Origin: Candidatus Bathyarchaeota archaeon
Lineage (GTDB): Archaea; Thermoproteota; Bathyarchaeia; Bathyarchaeales; Bathycorpusculaceae
Direction: 5' to 3'
Length of the DNA stretch: 64,000 bases
Assembly (NCBI GenBank): GCA_963832745.1
Contig: CAWHVC010000003.1
Coordinates: forward strand, 768,001-832,000
The notes under the pieces were generated by a model that worked only from the letters and a program-made list of their open reading frames with translations, did not search any database and was not told where the DNA came from. Of the stretch, positions 19,831-29,010 are shown piece after piece (position 1 is the stretch's first letter; every line of letters begins with the position of its first letter). The position numbers and the translations under genes were made by a program.

Positions 19831-21003
19831 TTAGCCTACGCACCATCCGAACCGTTTAATGTCCGCTGGGGCGATTCTTTCTTTTTCTAAGAGTTCTTTT
19901 AGGCATACTGGGTCTGTTTCCAGTGGGTCGCCTGTGCATGCGTATGCTCTTCCTCTGCATCCTCCGCATGTTGCTCGGTATTGGCAGGCTCTGCATTCGC
20001 CTTTGAGGTTAGCGCGGTTTCTTAGGGTTTGGAGGATGGGTGAGTTGTACCAGATGTCGCTGAGGCTTTGTTTTCTGATGTTGCCGACGGTGATGGGTAA
20101 AAACGTGCAGGGGTAGATGTCGCCGTTTGGGCGTAAGCTGAAGTAAAACGTGCCTGCGTGGCATCCGACTGGGTTGTGTACCCAGAACTCTTTGAGGAGC
20201 AAGTCTTTTGGATGAGAGCCGTTGCGTTTGTGGATTTGCATTGCAACGTCGGGGTATAATGGCTGGCCGCCTGACATTGTGAAGACAAGTTCCCTTTGCT
20301 CCTGAAGGCTTTGCAGGTAACGCATCAAATCCACCCGTTGCTCTTGGGTCATTGCTTGCTGCATCATGTCATGCCCCCTGCCCACAGGTATAAGGTCATA
20401 AACAGCTACTTGGTCAACACCCAAGCCCTCAAGGAACTCGATTCTTGCAGGCATCTCAGCCACAGTATCCTTAAGTGCCATCGTAGTTATGACCACTTCC
20501 AAATCAAGCTCTATACAAGTCTTAATTGCCTCGACAGCCTTCCTGAAAGTACCCTTCAAGTTCCGCAGTTCATCATGCTTTTCAGGCACCACCGAATCAA
20601 TAGGGATACCAACAGCTTTAATGCCTGCATCTTTGAGCTCAACTGCTACTTCAGGTGTCAAAAGCAACCCGTTAGTCAGCAATGCAGGAATTATGCCTGC
20701 GCCGTTACAGTATTCAGCAAGCTGCAAAACAAAATCTTTCCGTGTTAATGGTTCACCGCCGCTAATGATTAGCGCCTGTGTTCCAAGGATTTTCATTTCG
20801 TCGATGGCACGCATGGCTTCGGTTAGGCTTAGCTCGTTTGGCAAGGGTTCACGGGCGCTAACGTGGCAGTGCAGGCAGCTTAAGTTGCAGCCGCGGGTTA
20901 CTGCGTAGGACACGATTAGAGGCGTGTTTTGTTCACCTTTTAAGCCTTGATTGAACAGTTTTTGGCGAAGCAGCAACTCAACCATTCTTAAACCTGTACC
21001 CAA
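19831..21003 (-). CDS. radical SAM/SPASM domain protein (NirJ/Ahb/PqqE-like superfamily)
   Basis: CNLSCLHC, GGEP, CHAG...GDIYPC, CRACQYRATCGGCRGRA...DPVC. Confidence 0.92.
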   Translation of the reverse strand: MGTGLRMVELLLRQKLFNQGLKGEQNTPLIVSYAVTRGCNLSCLHCHVSAREPLPNELSLTEAMRAIDEMKILGTQALIISGGEPLTRKDFVLQLAEYCNGAGIIPALLTNGLLLTPEVAVELKDAGIKAVGIPIDSVVPEKHDELRNLKGTFRKAVEAIKTCIELDLEVVITTMALKDTVAEMPARIEFLEGLGVDQVAVYDLIPVGRGHDMMQQAMTQEQRVDLMRYLQSLQEQRELVFTMSGGQPLYPDVAMQIHKRNGSHPKDLLLKEFWVHNPVGCHAGTFYFSLRPNGDIYPCTFLPITVGNIRKQSLSDIWYNSPILQTLRNRANLKGECRACQYRATCGGCRGRAYACTGDPLETDPVCLKELLEKERIAPADIKRFGWCVG

Positions 21004-21016
21004 CTTTGAAGCCTCC

Positions 21017-21946
21017 TTACGCCTTGGGTTTTATCAACCAAATCTGAACCGCACGACGCAGAAACCACGCAACCGCGAAAACCACGGCAATAACAATCGC
21101 TGCAATCATAATGTTGGGTCCAATATCGATGGCTGCCTCAGCAACCTGCGGGTCAAGGTCAGTTATTTTAACTTCGTCAATGCTTGCAAGAGAGTCATGC
21201 CCAAGATAGATTTCTGTGCCGTTAATGATGTTGCCTTGCGGGTTCTGCACGCCGTGAAGCACATCCACTTTTTGCTCTGCACCGTCAATGTAAAGATGCA
21301 TGCCAGTAACTGTCCGCGTAAACTCCACATGTATCCACTGATTCATGGGCACCTGTTGGGTTGTTACGATTTCGCTGAAGCCATCTTGGTCAGTGTACAC
21401 GTAGCCAGAAAGGGCGCCTTGCACATAGTTTTCTCCAGCCTCAGGCGTGCCAGCCCGAATTGAAAGTCCCAGCACGCGGGTAGTGTTCTGCCACGCACAC
21501 GCTTGGTCAGGATGGTTAGCCTTTACAACAATATTATTGTACGGTTCATCCCTAAACGCTGAAACATTAATCCAAGCTTCAATAGCAACCTGTTTTTGCA
21601 CGTCAAGATTCGGCGAAATCTGCATGTAAACGGGCTGCGGAGTCGGCGGAAACCCAACCACAAATTTTATGGGAATATAGACGCCGTTTGCGCCGTCGAA
21701 CTGCATTGCTTTACCGAATTTTCCGTCAATCAAAGCCGGTTCTGGGTGCCCAACGATAATGCCGGAATTCACGCTTGCAACATCAGGAGTTACAGTGTTA
21801 TAGCCGCTTGCTTGCACCGTATCCAACGGCCAATACCCCACAGTAACGCCGTTTCCCTGCGCACCAACCGCAACAACCAGAAATGAGCCTAACAGAATAG
21901 TTAACAATGAAAAGAAAACCATCAATTGAACATTTTTTGTAGACAT
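21017..21946 (-). CDS. secreted LamG/concanavalin-like jellyroll protein with C-terminal TM anchor
   Basis: signal peptide, VGYWPLD, GKFGKAMQFDG, IEAWIN, QWIHV, LYIDG, IDEVKI; C-terminal TM. Confidence 0.8.
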   Translation of the reverse strand: MSTKNVQLMVFFSLLTILLGSFLVVAVGAQGNGVTVGYWPLDTVQASGYNTVTPDVASVNSGIIVGHPEPALIDGKFGKAMQFDGANGVYIPIKFVVGFPPTPQPVYMQISPNLDVQKQVAIEAWINVSAFRDEPYNNIVVKANHPDQACAWQNTTRVLGLSIRAGTPEAGENYVQGALSGYVYTDQDGFSEIVTTQQVPMNQWIHVEFTRTVTGMHLYIDGAEQKVDVLHGVQNPQGNIINGTEIYLGHDSLASIDEVKITDLDPQVAEAAIDIGPNIMIAAIVIAVVFAVAWFLRRAVQIWLIKPKA

Positions 21947-22092
21947 CTTCACTTCACACACTTGCAGAAGGACATAGGCTGCTTATAGCTCTCCCACGGG
22001 AACAAGGTGTTCTCCAAAAAGAACAACAGGTTCAAACTGAATTTTGAAAATGCAGATAAGTAGGCGGCGGCATCAATATTGTAGCGGTTTGG

Positions 22093-22443
22093 ATGAAGGA
22101 ACGTTACTATGTTGTTTTTATCGTTTTAGGGCTTGCATTGCTAAGCGTTTTCGTTTTTGCAGATTTTAATGCTAACTTTGCAGGTAACACGTTTGTTACA
22201 AAAGGAACTATTGCCTCAAAACAAGTAACCTCCATAATGCCCGTAGCAGACGGCCAAGAATACTGTTATAACATAACCTGCACAAACGGAAACTGGTTCG
22301 AAATAAAAAATAGTTCACACCTATCCAACTGCACAAACTTATACAACTGCCTGGAAGAAAACGCAACCTACACCTTCACCACCTGGTTTGACACAAACAC
22401 TGGCACCTGGAATATCATCGACACAACAAAAGTCCACGATTAA
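22093..22443 (+). CDS. small secreted/membrane-anchored hypothetical protein
   Basis: N-terminal TM, four Cys, Asn/Thr-rich. Confidence 0.6.
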   Translation: MKERYYVVFIVLGLALLSVFVFADFNANFAGNTFVTKGTIASKQVTSIMPVADGQEYCYNITCTNGNWFEIKNSSHLSNCTNLYNCLEENATYTFTTWFDTNTGTWNIIDTTKVHD

Positions 22444-22485
22444 AGTTGCTCTTAAGCATTAGAGTTAATACTGCCAAAAGCTTAC

Positions 22486-23208
22486 TTGACCAATAAGGCG
22501 CTCCATATGCGAAAACTCAAAGGTTCCGGCAGCTACCTAAAGCGGCAAACCAGAAAAAACCTTGCCAAAGCAACCCTAAGCCTACTGATTTTCTGCTTAA
22601 TTTTTGCCGCTACAAGCTACTTTGCAATTGTCGCGAAAAACATTTGCGTTTTTGAAACAGCAGGTTTTATTGCTTCACTAATTCCTCTGGGAGCTTTCTT
22701 GTTTTATCAACGCAAATACCGCATCTACAAAGGCGGAAGCAAAGGCGAACAAGACGTAATCAAAACCCTAAACAGAAACCTAAACGACGACTATTATCTC
22801 ATCAACGAAGTGTACTTAGGCAGAGGCGGCGACGTCGACCACATAGTTTTAGGTCCCACCGGCGTTTTTGTTTTAGAAACAAAAAACTGGAGCGGCAAAA
22901 TCCTCTGTGACGGCGACAACTGGCAGCGTCCCGGCAAACACCCGATGGGCAGCCCAAGCCTGCAAGTCAAACGTAATACCCAAAAAATCAAACACTTAAT
23001 TGACTCATCACCAGTTTTAAGGGAAAATGGGGTTTGGGTTGAAGGCATTGTTGTTTTTACTAATCAATATTCCAGCCTAAACATCAGCAACCCAACTGTA
23101 ACAATTCTTAAACTACAACAGCTACCAAGCCACATAACAAGCCAAAAAAACATGTTAACTCCAGAACAAATCCAGCAAATCGCCAAACAAATCCAAAACC
23201 AAAGTTAA
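22486..23208 (+). CDS. NERD domain membrane protein
   Basis: 2 TMs then KGE..V...L, DVDHIVLGPTGVFVLETKNWSG, SPSLQ. Confidence 0.88.
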   Translation: MTNKALHMRKLKGSGSYLKRQTRKNLAKATLSLLIFCLIFAATSYFAIVAKNICVFETAGFIASLIPLGAFLFYQRKYRIYKGGSKGEQDVIKTLNRNLNDDYYLINEVYLGRGGDVDHIVLGPTGVFVLETKNWSGKILCDGDNWQRPGKHPMGSPSLQVKRNTQKIKHLIDSSPVLRENGVWVEGIVVFTNQYSSLNISNPTVTILKLQQLPSHITSQKNMLTPEQIQQIAKQIQNQS

Positions 23209-23873
23209 CACTGAATTTTAAGCCAATCTTTCCGTTTAACCAAAGCTAAAGCAGTGATAACAGTTATCAACAAACTGCCAATAAGGAAAGAGTCAGGCAA
23301 AGCGCGTGCAGGATTTTGAATAGTAAAAGCAATTATTGCCACGGTCAGGTAAAGGCTCACGACGCCGCTGACCAATTGGGTAACGTATAGTGCTTTTCTT
23401 GCTTTGTAAGCTTGCAGTTTTAGCCAATCCAGAAACCGCGAACATCTTGATGACACGTCGGGCAAATCATCCAGTAGCAAAGCTAAACCTCCAAGAGTAA
23501 AGAATCTTCCAGCAGTAACTTCAACGGTAGATGAGTCAACCAGAAACAGCCTAAACAGGGAAACCGGAGTAAAAAATATGACAAAAAAAGCTGAGACAAA
23601 CAGGACTATAAACCCGTAAACGTAATGGTGGAACAGGAGTCGCCCAGTATGCAATGCCCGGCCTATGCTTGCGCTTGGAAAAATGTTAACCAACCCCGCG
23701 ATGATTATGAATATGAAGAGGTTGCCGTTTAACGCGTAAGGCGGATATGGTTCAGTTGATGTAGAATAGTAATAGTTGAGGATTCCTATTACGCCGCCGA
23801 TGGTTATGAGCGCATTTAGGATTAAGGCTATGCTGAAAGTTTTTTTAAGCCACGTCATTACTGTGCCAGCCAT
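23205..23873 (-). CDS. hypothetical multi-pass membrane protein
   Basis: about 6 TMs, conserved-looking FHHYVYG and LLLDDLPD. Confidence 0.7.
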   Translation of the reverse strand: MAGTVMTWLKKTFSIALILNALITIGGVIGILNYYYSTSTEPYPPYALNGNLFIFIIIAGLVNIFPSASIGRALHTGRLLFHHYVYGFIVLFVSAFFVIFFTPVSLFRLFLVDSSTVEVTAGRFFTLGGLALLLDDLPDVSSRCSRFLDWLKLQAYKARKALYVTQLVSGVVSLYLTVAIIAFTIQNPARALPDSFLIGSLLITVITALALVKRKDWLKIQC

Positions 23874-24058
23874 ATATCCTAAATCCCCTTTAATGATGGT
23901 TAGCCGTTTTAACGGATTAACTGTCTAGGCACCCAATAATAAACAACGCGCAATTACACGGAAAAAATCCAAGGAAAAAACTATCGCAAACTAATACATA
24001 ATTTATTATGCATAAATTCTTAAGCTAGAACTCTAAAGGCACAATAGAGGTATCTCGC

Positions 24059-24757
24059 TTGAAGTTTGAAGTAAAATACAAACCATCCTACGCCCTGCTC
24101 GTCGCCAGCCTCGAACAAGGCGAAACAATCACCGCTGAATCCGGCGCCATGACCTACATGGACCCCACCATCGAAGTCCACACCCGTAAACGCGAAAGAA
24201 GCCTACTAGGCAGTTTAGGCTTAAGCATAATTGGCGGGCAATCCTTTTGGGTTAACGATTACACAGCCACAAAAGGACCCGGAGACGCCGCGTTTGTAGC
24301 CGCACCAGTTGGAGACATCGAAAAACTTGATGTGGCACCCGGCAAAGGCTACATTATCCAAAAATCCGCCTACATCGCCTCAACGCCAGACATTAACTTG
24401 GACGTTAAATGGGAAGGCTTCACCAAAGGCTTATTCGGTCAAGGCTTATTCATGCTAAAAGCCACCGGCAACGGACCATTATTCATTAACACTTTCGGAG
24501 CCATAGACGTTCACACTTTAGCGGCAGGACAAACATTGATTGTTGACAACTTCCACCTTGTCGGCTTCAGCGACACATGCAGCTACAAAGTAACCAAGTT
24601 CGGCGGTTTAAAAGAAACCCTGCTTGGCGGCGAAGGCTTCGTAACACAAATCACAGGCCCCGGAGACGTACACATCCAAACAAAGAACCTGCAAGAATTC
24701 ACAGAATGGCTCTGGACACTGCTTGAACCAAAAGTACGCAACACACGAAGCCGCTAA
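24059..24757 (+). CDS. AIM24 / TIGR00266 family protein
   Basis: AESGAM, GLFGQGLF, FGAI, VDNFHLVGF, GGEG..Q..GPG.V.IQT. Confidence 0.9.
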   Translation: MKFEVKYKPSYALLVASLEQGETITAESGAMTYMDPTIEVHTRKRERSLLGSLGLSIIGGQSFWVNDYTATKGPGDAAFVAAPVGDIEKLDVAPGKGYIIQKSAYIASTPDINLDVKWEGFTKGLFGQGLFMLKATGNGPLFINTFGAIDVHTLAAGQTLIVDNFHLVGFSDTCSYKVTKFGGLKETLLGGEGFVTQITGPGDVHIQTKNLQEFTEWLWTLLEPKVRNTRSR

Positions 24758-24816
24758 AAAAACAAGATTTAATACCTTCTTTTTATTTTTAAGCCCTAAA
24801 AAACTGGTGAAAAAGA

Positions 24817-25182
24817 TTGGGGAGCACACTAACGGGCGCTTTCGTAGGTTTTGTAGTTATTCTTGCTTTAGCATGGCTTTTCCCAGGCATCGGACACATT
24901 ATAGGCGGTTTAATCGGCGGCTTCATAGCAGGAATCGTCGCAGGCGGCATAATTAAAGGTCCAATCGCAGGCTTTTTAGCAGCTATCGGTGCAGGCATCA
25001 TATTAGCAATCTTGGCGTTCTTGGGCGCAATTTACATTGGCGGAATCAACTTTGGCTTCTTTGGTGCACTATTCGGTGGACTGTCAGGTTTAGGCGCAAG
25101 CATAGCTGCTTTGATTTTAGGCGGCATAGAAGGCATCATGGCAGCCATCGGCGGATTCGTAGGCGGCTTACTACACAGATAA
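24817..25182 (+). CDS. Gly-rich membrane protein (DUF5518-like)
   Basis: repeated GxxxG TM helices, GGLIGGFIAG. Confidence 0.65.
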   Translation: MGSTLTGAFVGFVVILALAWLFPGIGHIIGGLIGGFIAGIVAGGIIKGPIAGFLAAIGAGIILAILAFLGAIYIGGINFGFFGALFGGLSGLGASIAALILGGIEGIMAAIGGFVGGLLHR

Positions 25183-25214
25183 AAAAGGCAGGCTAAAGTA
25201 AGCCCAACATTTTT

Positions 25215-26759
25215 TTATCGATCTAAACTTGTCACTTTATCAGCCGTTGGTTTTTCTGGCACTTGGTCAAGAATCATTTTCTCTTCAGGCTTTTTGCTTA
25301 GTACAATCGGCTGAAGCTCTTTTGCCAACTCCAAGGCTGAGGCAAGCTTACTGGCTCTGTCAGCGTGAATCTCAAGCAAAACCCCATCCTTGCGTACGGT
25401 ATCTCCTATCTTAGCATGAAGTATTACACCTGCGCCTTTCTCTTTGGGCGTGCCAGCTTCACGTGCAATTCGGACAAGCGCGTCAGTGCTAAGCCAAAGT
25501 ACTCTGCCAGTTCTGTCTGAACGTAAAACTTCATGGAACTTACCAACCGGCAAATCTTCAGGCTGAATTGTTGGGTCTCCGCCTTGGGCAGCTATGATTT
25601 CACGCATTTTCTTCTCAGCTTTGCCTGAATTTATCATGTCTTCGGCTATGGCGCGACCGTTCTGGGCGCCTACCATTTCAAAAAGCATTCCTGCAAGGCT
25701 AACTGCTTTTTCTCGCAGGTCAGGCGTGCCTGCACCCATCAAGGTTTGCAGTGCTTCTCTTGCTTCCAAAGCTGGTCCCATACTGCAGCCTAATGGTTGT
25801 TCTCCAAACGTTAAAGCGCAGTGAATGTTTAAGCCGAGGCGTTTTCCTAAGTCAACAAAGTCTGCTGCTAAATTGTAGGCTTCTGTTCGGGTTTTGATTT
25901 TGGCGCCCATGCCAGTTGGTATGTCTATTGCTACGTGGGTGGCTCCGATAGCTACCTTTTTGCTTAAAATCGATGGCAGAAGCAAGGGGTCAATACCCAA
26001 TGGGTACTCAACTTGGATAAACAAGTCATCTGCAGGAGCTAACTCTAATGCGCCGCCCCAGACAAGGCAACCGTTGGTTTTTGCTACTACGTCTTTGATT
26101 TCGTCAAGTGACAGGTTAACGGGGCACAAGGTTTCGACACGGTCGGCTGTTCCGGCTGGTGAGGTGATGGCGCGTGAAGAAGTTTTGGGGATAGTGTATC
26201 CTGCCGCTGCAACTATAGGCACAACAAGCATGCTGGTTTTATCGCCGGGAATGCCGCCGACACTATGCTTGTCAAGAATTGGTCCGGGACCAAAATTAAG
26301 CGATTTACCCGTTTCAATCATCGCCTTAGACATGCCCTCAGCTTCGCTCGTGCTTAACCCATAAATCTTCAAGGCAGTTAGAAACGCGGCGATTTCTACT
26401 GAGCTTAAGTGGCGTTCAACTACGTCTTGAACAATAGTTTTTAGGTCTTGTTCACGGAGTCGGTCGCCTCGTAGTTTGGCTCGTACGTTGATTAGTGACT
26501 CTGGTACGGGTGCAAGATTAACGGTGACTGTTTCGTCTCCTTTAACACCCAAGGCTATAGCGATTTCTTCGTACAGCCCAATGCGGTTCATGGGAAAATT
26601 GGCGGCAATGTTAGCAATTGCAATTGCCTCTTGTGTGCCGTAGGTTAAACGTATTCTGTCGGAACTGTGCACGCCAAGAAGACTGGCGCTTTGTTCACTG
26701 AGAATGGCGATTCTGTTGCCGCCTGTTGTAATGTTTAGTACTTCAGCGATGAGCTCCAT
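25215..26759 (-). CDS. AMP phosphorylase (thymidine phosphorylase family, archaeal)
   Basis: N-terminal extension, DKHSVGGIPG, PKTSSRAITSPAGTAD, GPALEA; divergent from RuBisCO. Confidence 0.92.
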   Translation of the reverse strand: MELIAEVLNITTGGNRIAILSEQSASLLGVHSSDRIRLTYGTQEAIAIANIAANFPMNRIGLYEEIAIALGVKGDETVTVNLAPVPESLINVRAKLRGDRLREQDLKTIVQDVVERHLSSVEIAAFLTALKIYGLSTSEAEGMSKAMIETGKSLNFGPGPILDKHSVGGIPGDKTSMLVVPIVAAAGYTIPKTSSRAITSPAGTADRVETLCPVNLSLDEIKDVVAKTNGCLVWGGALELAPADDLFIQVEYPLGIDPLLLPSILSKKVAIGATHVAIDIPTGMGAKIKTRTEAYNLAADFVDLGKRLGLNIHCALTFGEQPLGCSMGPALEAREALQTLMGAGTPDLREKAVSLAGMLFEMVGAQNGRAIAEDMINSGKAEKKMREIIAAQGGDPTIQPEDLPVGKFHEVLRSDRTGRVLWLSTDALVRIAREAGTPKEKGAGVILHAKIGDTVRKDGVLLEIHADRASKLASALELAKELQPIVLSKKPEEKMILDQVPEKPTADKVTSLDR

Positions 26760-26837
26760 AAGCTAACCACCCTTATTTGATTGGTTTTGGGATAGTTAAA
26801 GATTTTAAGGCAACCAGATTTAAAAGTAAGCTAGAGT

Positions 26838-28070
26838 GTGACCGTTTTGAAGTATACGGACTTTGTTGATTTAAATTACAAACCAAAAGAAACCGATTTA
26901 ATTTGCACATTCACTGTTGAACCCGAAGGCATAAGCCTCAAAGAAGCAGCAGGCGGCGTTGCAGCGGAAAGCAGCGTCGGAACATGGACCGAACTAACCA
27001 CAATTAAACCGTATGTTGAAGAACTTGCTGCTCACGTCTTCAGTATCCAAGAAAACACCATCAAAATCGCATACCCAGTCGAACTTTTTGAAGACTCAAA
27101 CATGCCAAACATCCTAAGCAGCGTAGCAGGAAACGTTTTCGGCTTAAAAGCATTAAAAAACTTGCGGCTTCTTGATATTCACTTTCCCAAAGAGCTTCTT
27201 GACGGCTTTTATGGTCCAGCTTACGGCATAAAAGGAATACGCAAACTCCTAAAAGTAGAAAAACGTCCACTTGTAGGTACAATAATTAAGCCTAAACTGG
27301 GTCTTAAAACGGTTGACCACGCCAAAGTCGCGTATGACGCTTGGTATGGAGGCTGCGACATCGTGAAAGATGACGAAAACCTAAGCAGCCAAACGTTTAA
27401 CCCGTTTGAGGCACGCTTGACCAAAACTTTGGAGAGTCGTGACCGCGCCGAGAAAGAAACTGGTGAACGCAAGGTTTACATGATTAATGTTACCGCTGAA
27501 ACTGACACCATGATTGAACGCGCACAAGCCGTGGAGGATCAAGGCGGCAAATACGTGATGGTTGACATTTTAACCTGCGGTTGGTCAGCCCTGCAAACGT
27601 TGAGAAATCAAGAGTTCAAACTGGTTATTCATGCACACAGGGCAGGTCATGCAGCTTTCACAAAGAATCCCCTGCATGGTATCGCCATGAAACCTATCGC
27701 CACGGTCGCTCGAATCATCGGTGTAGACCAACTACACGTGGGCACAGTGGTAGGTAAAATGTCTGAGACCAAAGCTGAAGTTGTGGAAAATATCGAAGCC
27801 TGCAAGTCAGAAATGGGCGAGATAAACCCTGTTTTGCCTGTAGCCTCAGGAGGACTCCACCCGCGATTGGTGCCTGCGCTTCTTGAAACCTTTGGCAATG
27901 ACGTTGTTTTGCAGGCTGGCGGCGGAATCCACGGCAATCCGCTGGGCACAGTTTCAGGTGCGAGAGCGATGCGGCAAGCAGTCGACGCCACCTTGGAAGG
28001 CAAGACGCTTGAAGAATACGCCAAGACCCATAAAGAGTTGCAGGCAGCTTTAGACACTTGGAAAGCCTAG
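26838..28070 (+). CDS. rbcL: RuBisCO large subunit, form III
   Basis: AAESSVGTW, GTIIKPKLGL, GGCDIVKDDE, HAHRAGH, GTVVGKM, SGG, GGGIHG. Confidence 0.95.
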   Translation: MTVLKYTDFVDLNYKPKETDLICTFTVEPEGISLKEAAGGVAAESSVGTWTELTTIKPYVEELAAHVFSIQENTIKIAYPVELFEDSNMPNILSSVAGNVFGLKALKNLRLLDIHFPKELLDGFYGPAYGIKGIRKLLKVEKRPLVGTIIKPKLGLKTVDHAKVAYDAWYGGCDIVKDDENLSSQTFNPFEARLTKTLESRDRAEKETGERKVYMINVTAETDTMIERAQAVEDQGGKYVMVDILTCGWSALQTLRNQEFKLVIHAHRAGHAAFTKNPLHGIAMKPIATVARIIGVDQLHVGTVVGKMSETKAEVVENIEACKSEMGEINPVLPVASGGLHPRLVPALLETFGNDVVLQAGGGIHGNPLGTVSGARAMRQAVDATLEGKTLEEYAKTHKELQAALDTWKA

Positions 28071-28273
28071 CCCGCTTTTCTTTTTTGGAGTAACCTGTTT
28101 TTTTAACTTTTTTCGCTATTAGTAATTACCTCATTAAGGATTTTTTTGCTTTAAGATAAATGGTGAGTTGAATGAATAACAGAAGGTAGAGTTTGTTGTG
28201 TCTATACGTCTAACAAGTAGACTTGTGGACTGAAAATCAATAATGTTTATTACTATTCACTACAACAAAGGGC

Positions 28274-28906
28274 TTGGCGACCATCATGGAGAAAATTGAA
28301 GAAAGTGCACAGTACCTAAAAGGTTGCGCCAGCATTGAAACTCAAACCTTCAAACTCTACGAAACATTAGCCAAAAAAATTAACCATCCTGAAAGCAGTT
28401 TCATTTTAGGCTTTGCTTATGACAGCATAAAAAACGCCAAAATCATCCAAAGCATGCTCCAAACAATCGATTTGCCAGATGAGGATAACGAAAATAAAAA
28501 AACTGTGTCAGTACTTGCCAGCGAAGTCTACGCGTTTTCAAGAAGAATCGAAAAAACAAATAACGTTGACCAGAGAGGTCTTATTGAAATTTTCAAGGAA
28601 TTAATTCGGCTTGAGGACCTTATAAGCAAACTTTACTCGGAGTACATGGAGTCAAGTTACCCTAAAGTTTTAGCTGAAGAAATGTCAAGGTTTGTTAAGT
28701 TGGATTTTGGGAATTTCAAGAAAGTTTTCGAGGGCTTTGTTGCTGAAAAGCAAAGTCACCGTGAAACAATGATTGAAATCGTTTACTGCGTTGAAGCAAA
28801 GGAAGCTGAACGACTCAAAAACTCGACGCCGACTGTTAAATACCAGAATCCTGACGCTTGGATTAACCAGTCATCACTTCACGTGTTCTCAAGAAACAAT
28901 TACTAA
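28274..28906 (+). CDS. ferritin-like four-helix-bundle hypothetical protein
   Basis: paired E....LY..L helices and EKQSH motif. Confidence 0.5.
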   Translation: MATIMEKIEESAQYLKGCASIETQTFKLYETLAKKINHPESSFILGFAYDSIKNAKIIQSMLQTIDLPDEDNENKKTVSVLASEVYAFSRRIEKTNNVDQRGLIEIFKELIRLEDLISKLYSEYMESSYPKVLAEEMSRFVKLDFGNFKKVFEGFVAEKQSHRETMIEIVYCVEAKEAERLKNSTPTVKYQNPDAWINQSSLHVFSRNNY

Positions 28907-29010
28907 ACCCTTTTTTCATATCCAGTTTTTTGCGTGTTCGTTCGTGCGGTATTGCCCGTTATAGTTTTATATTGAATCATCGTAAAACACGATAAAGAAG
29001 AGTATTTAGC

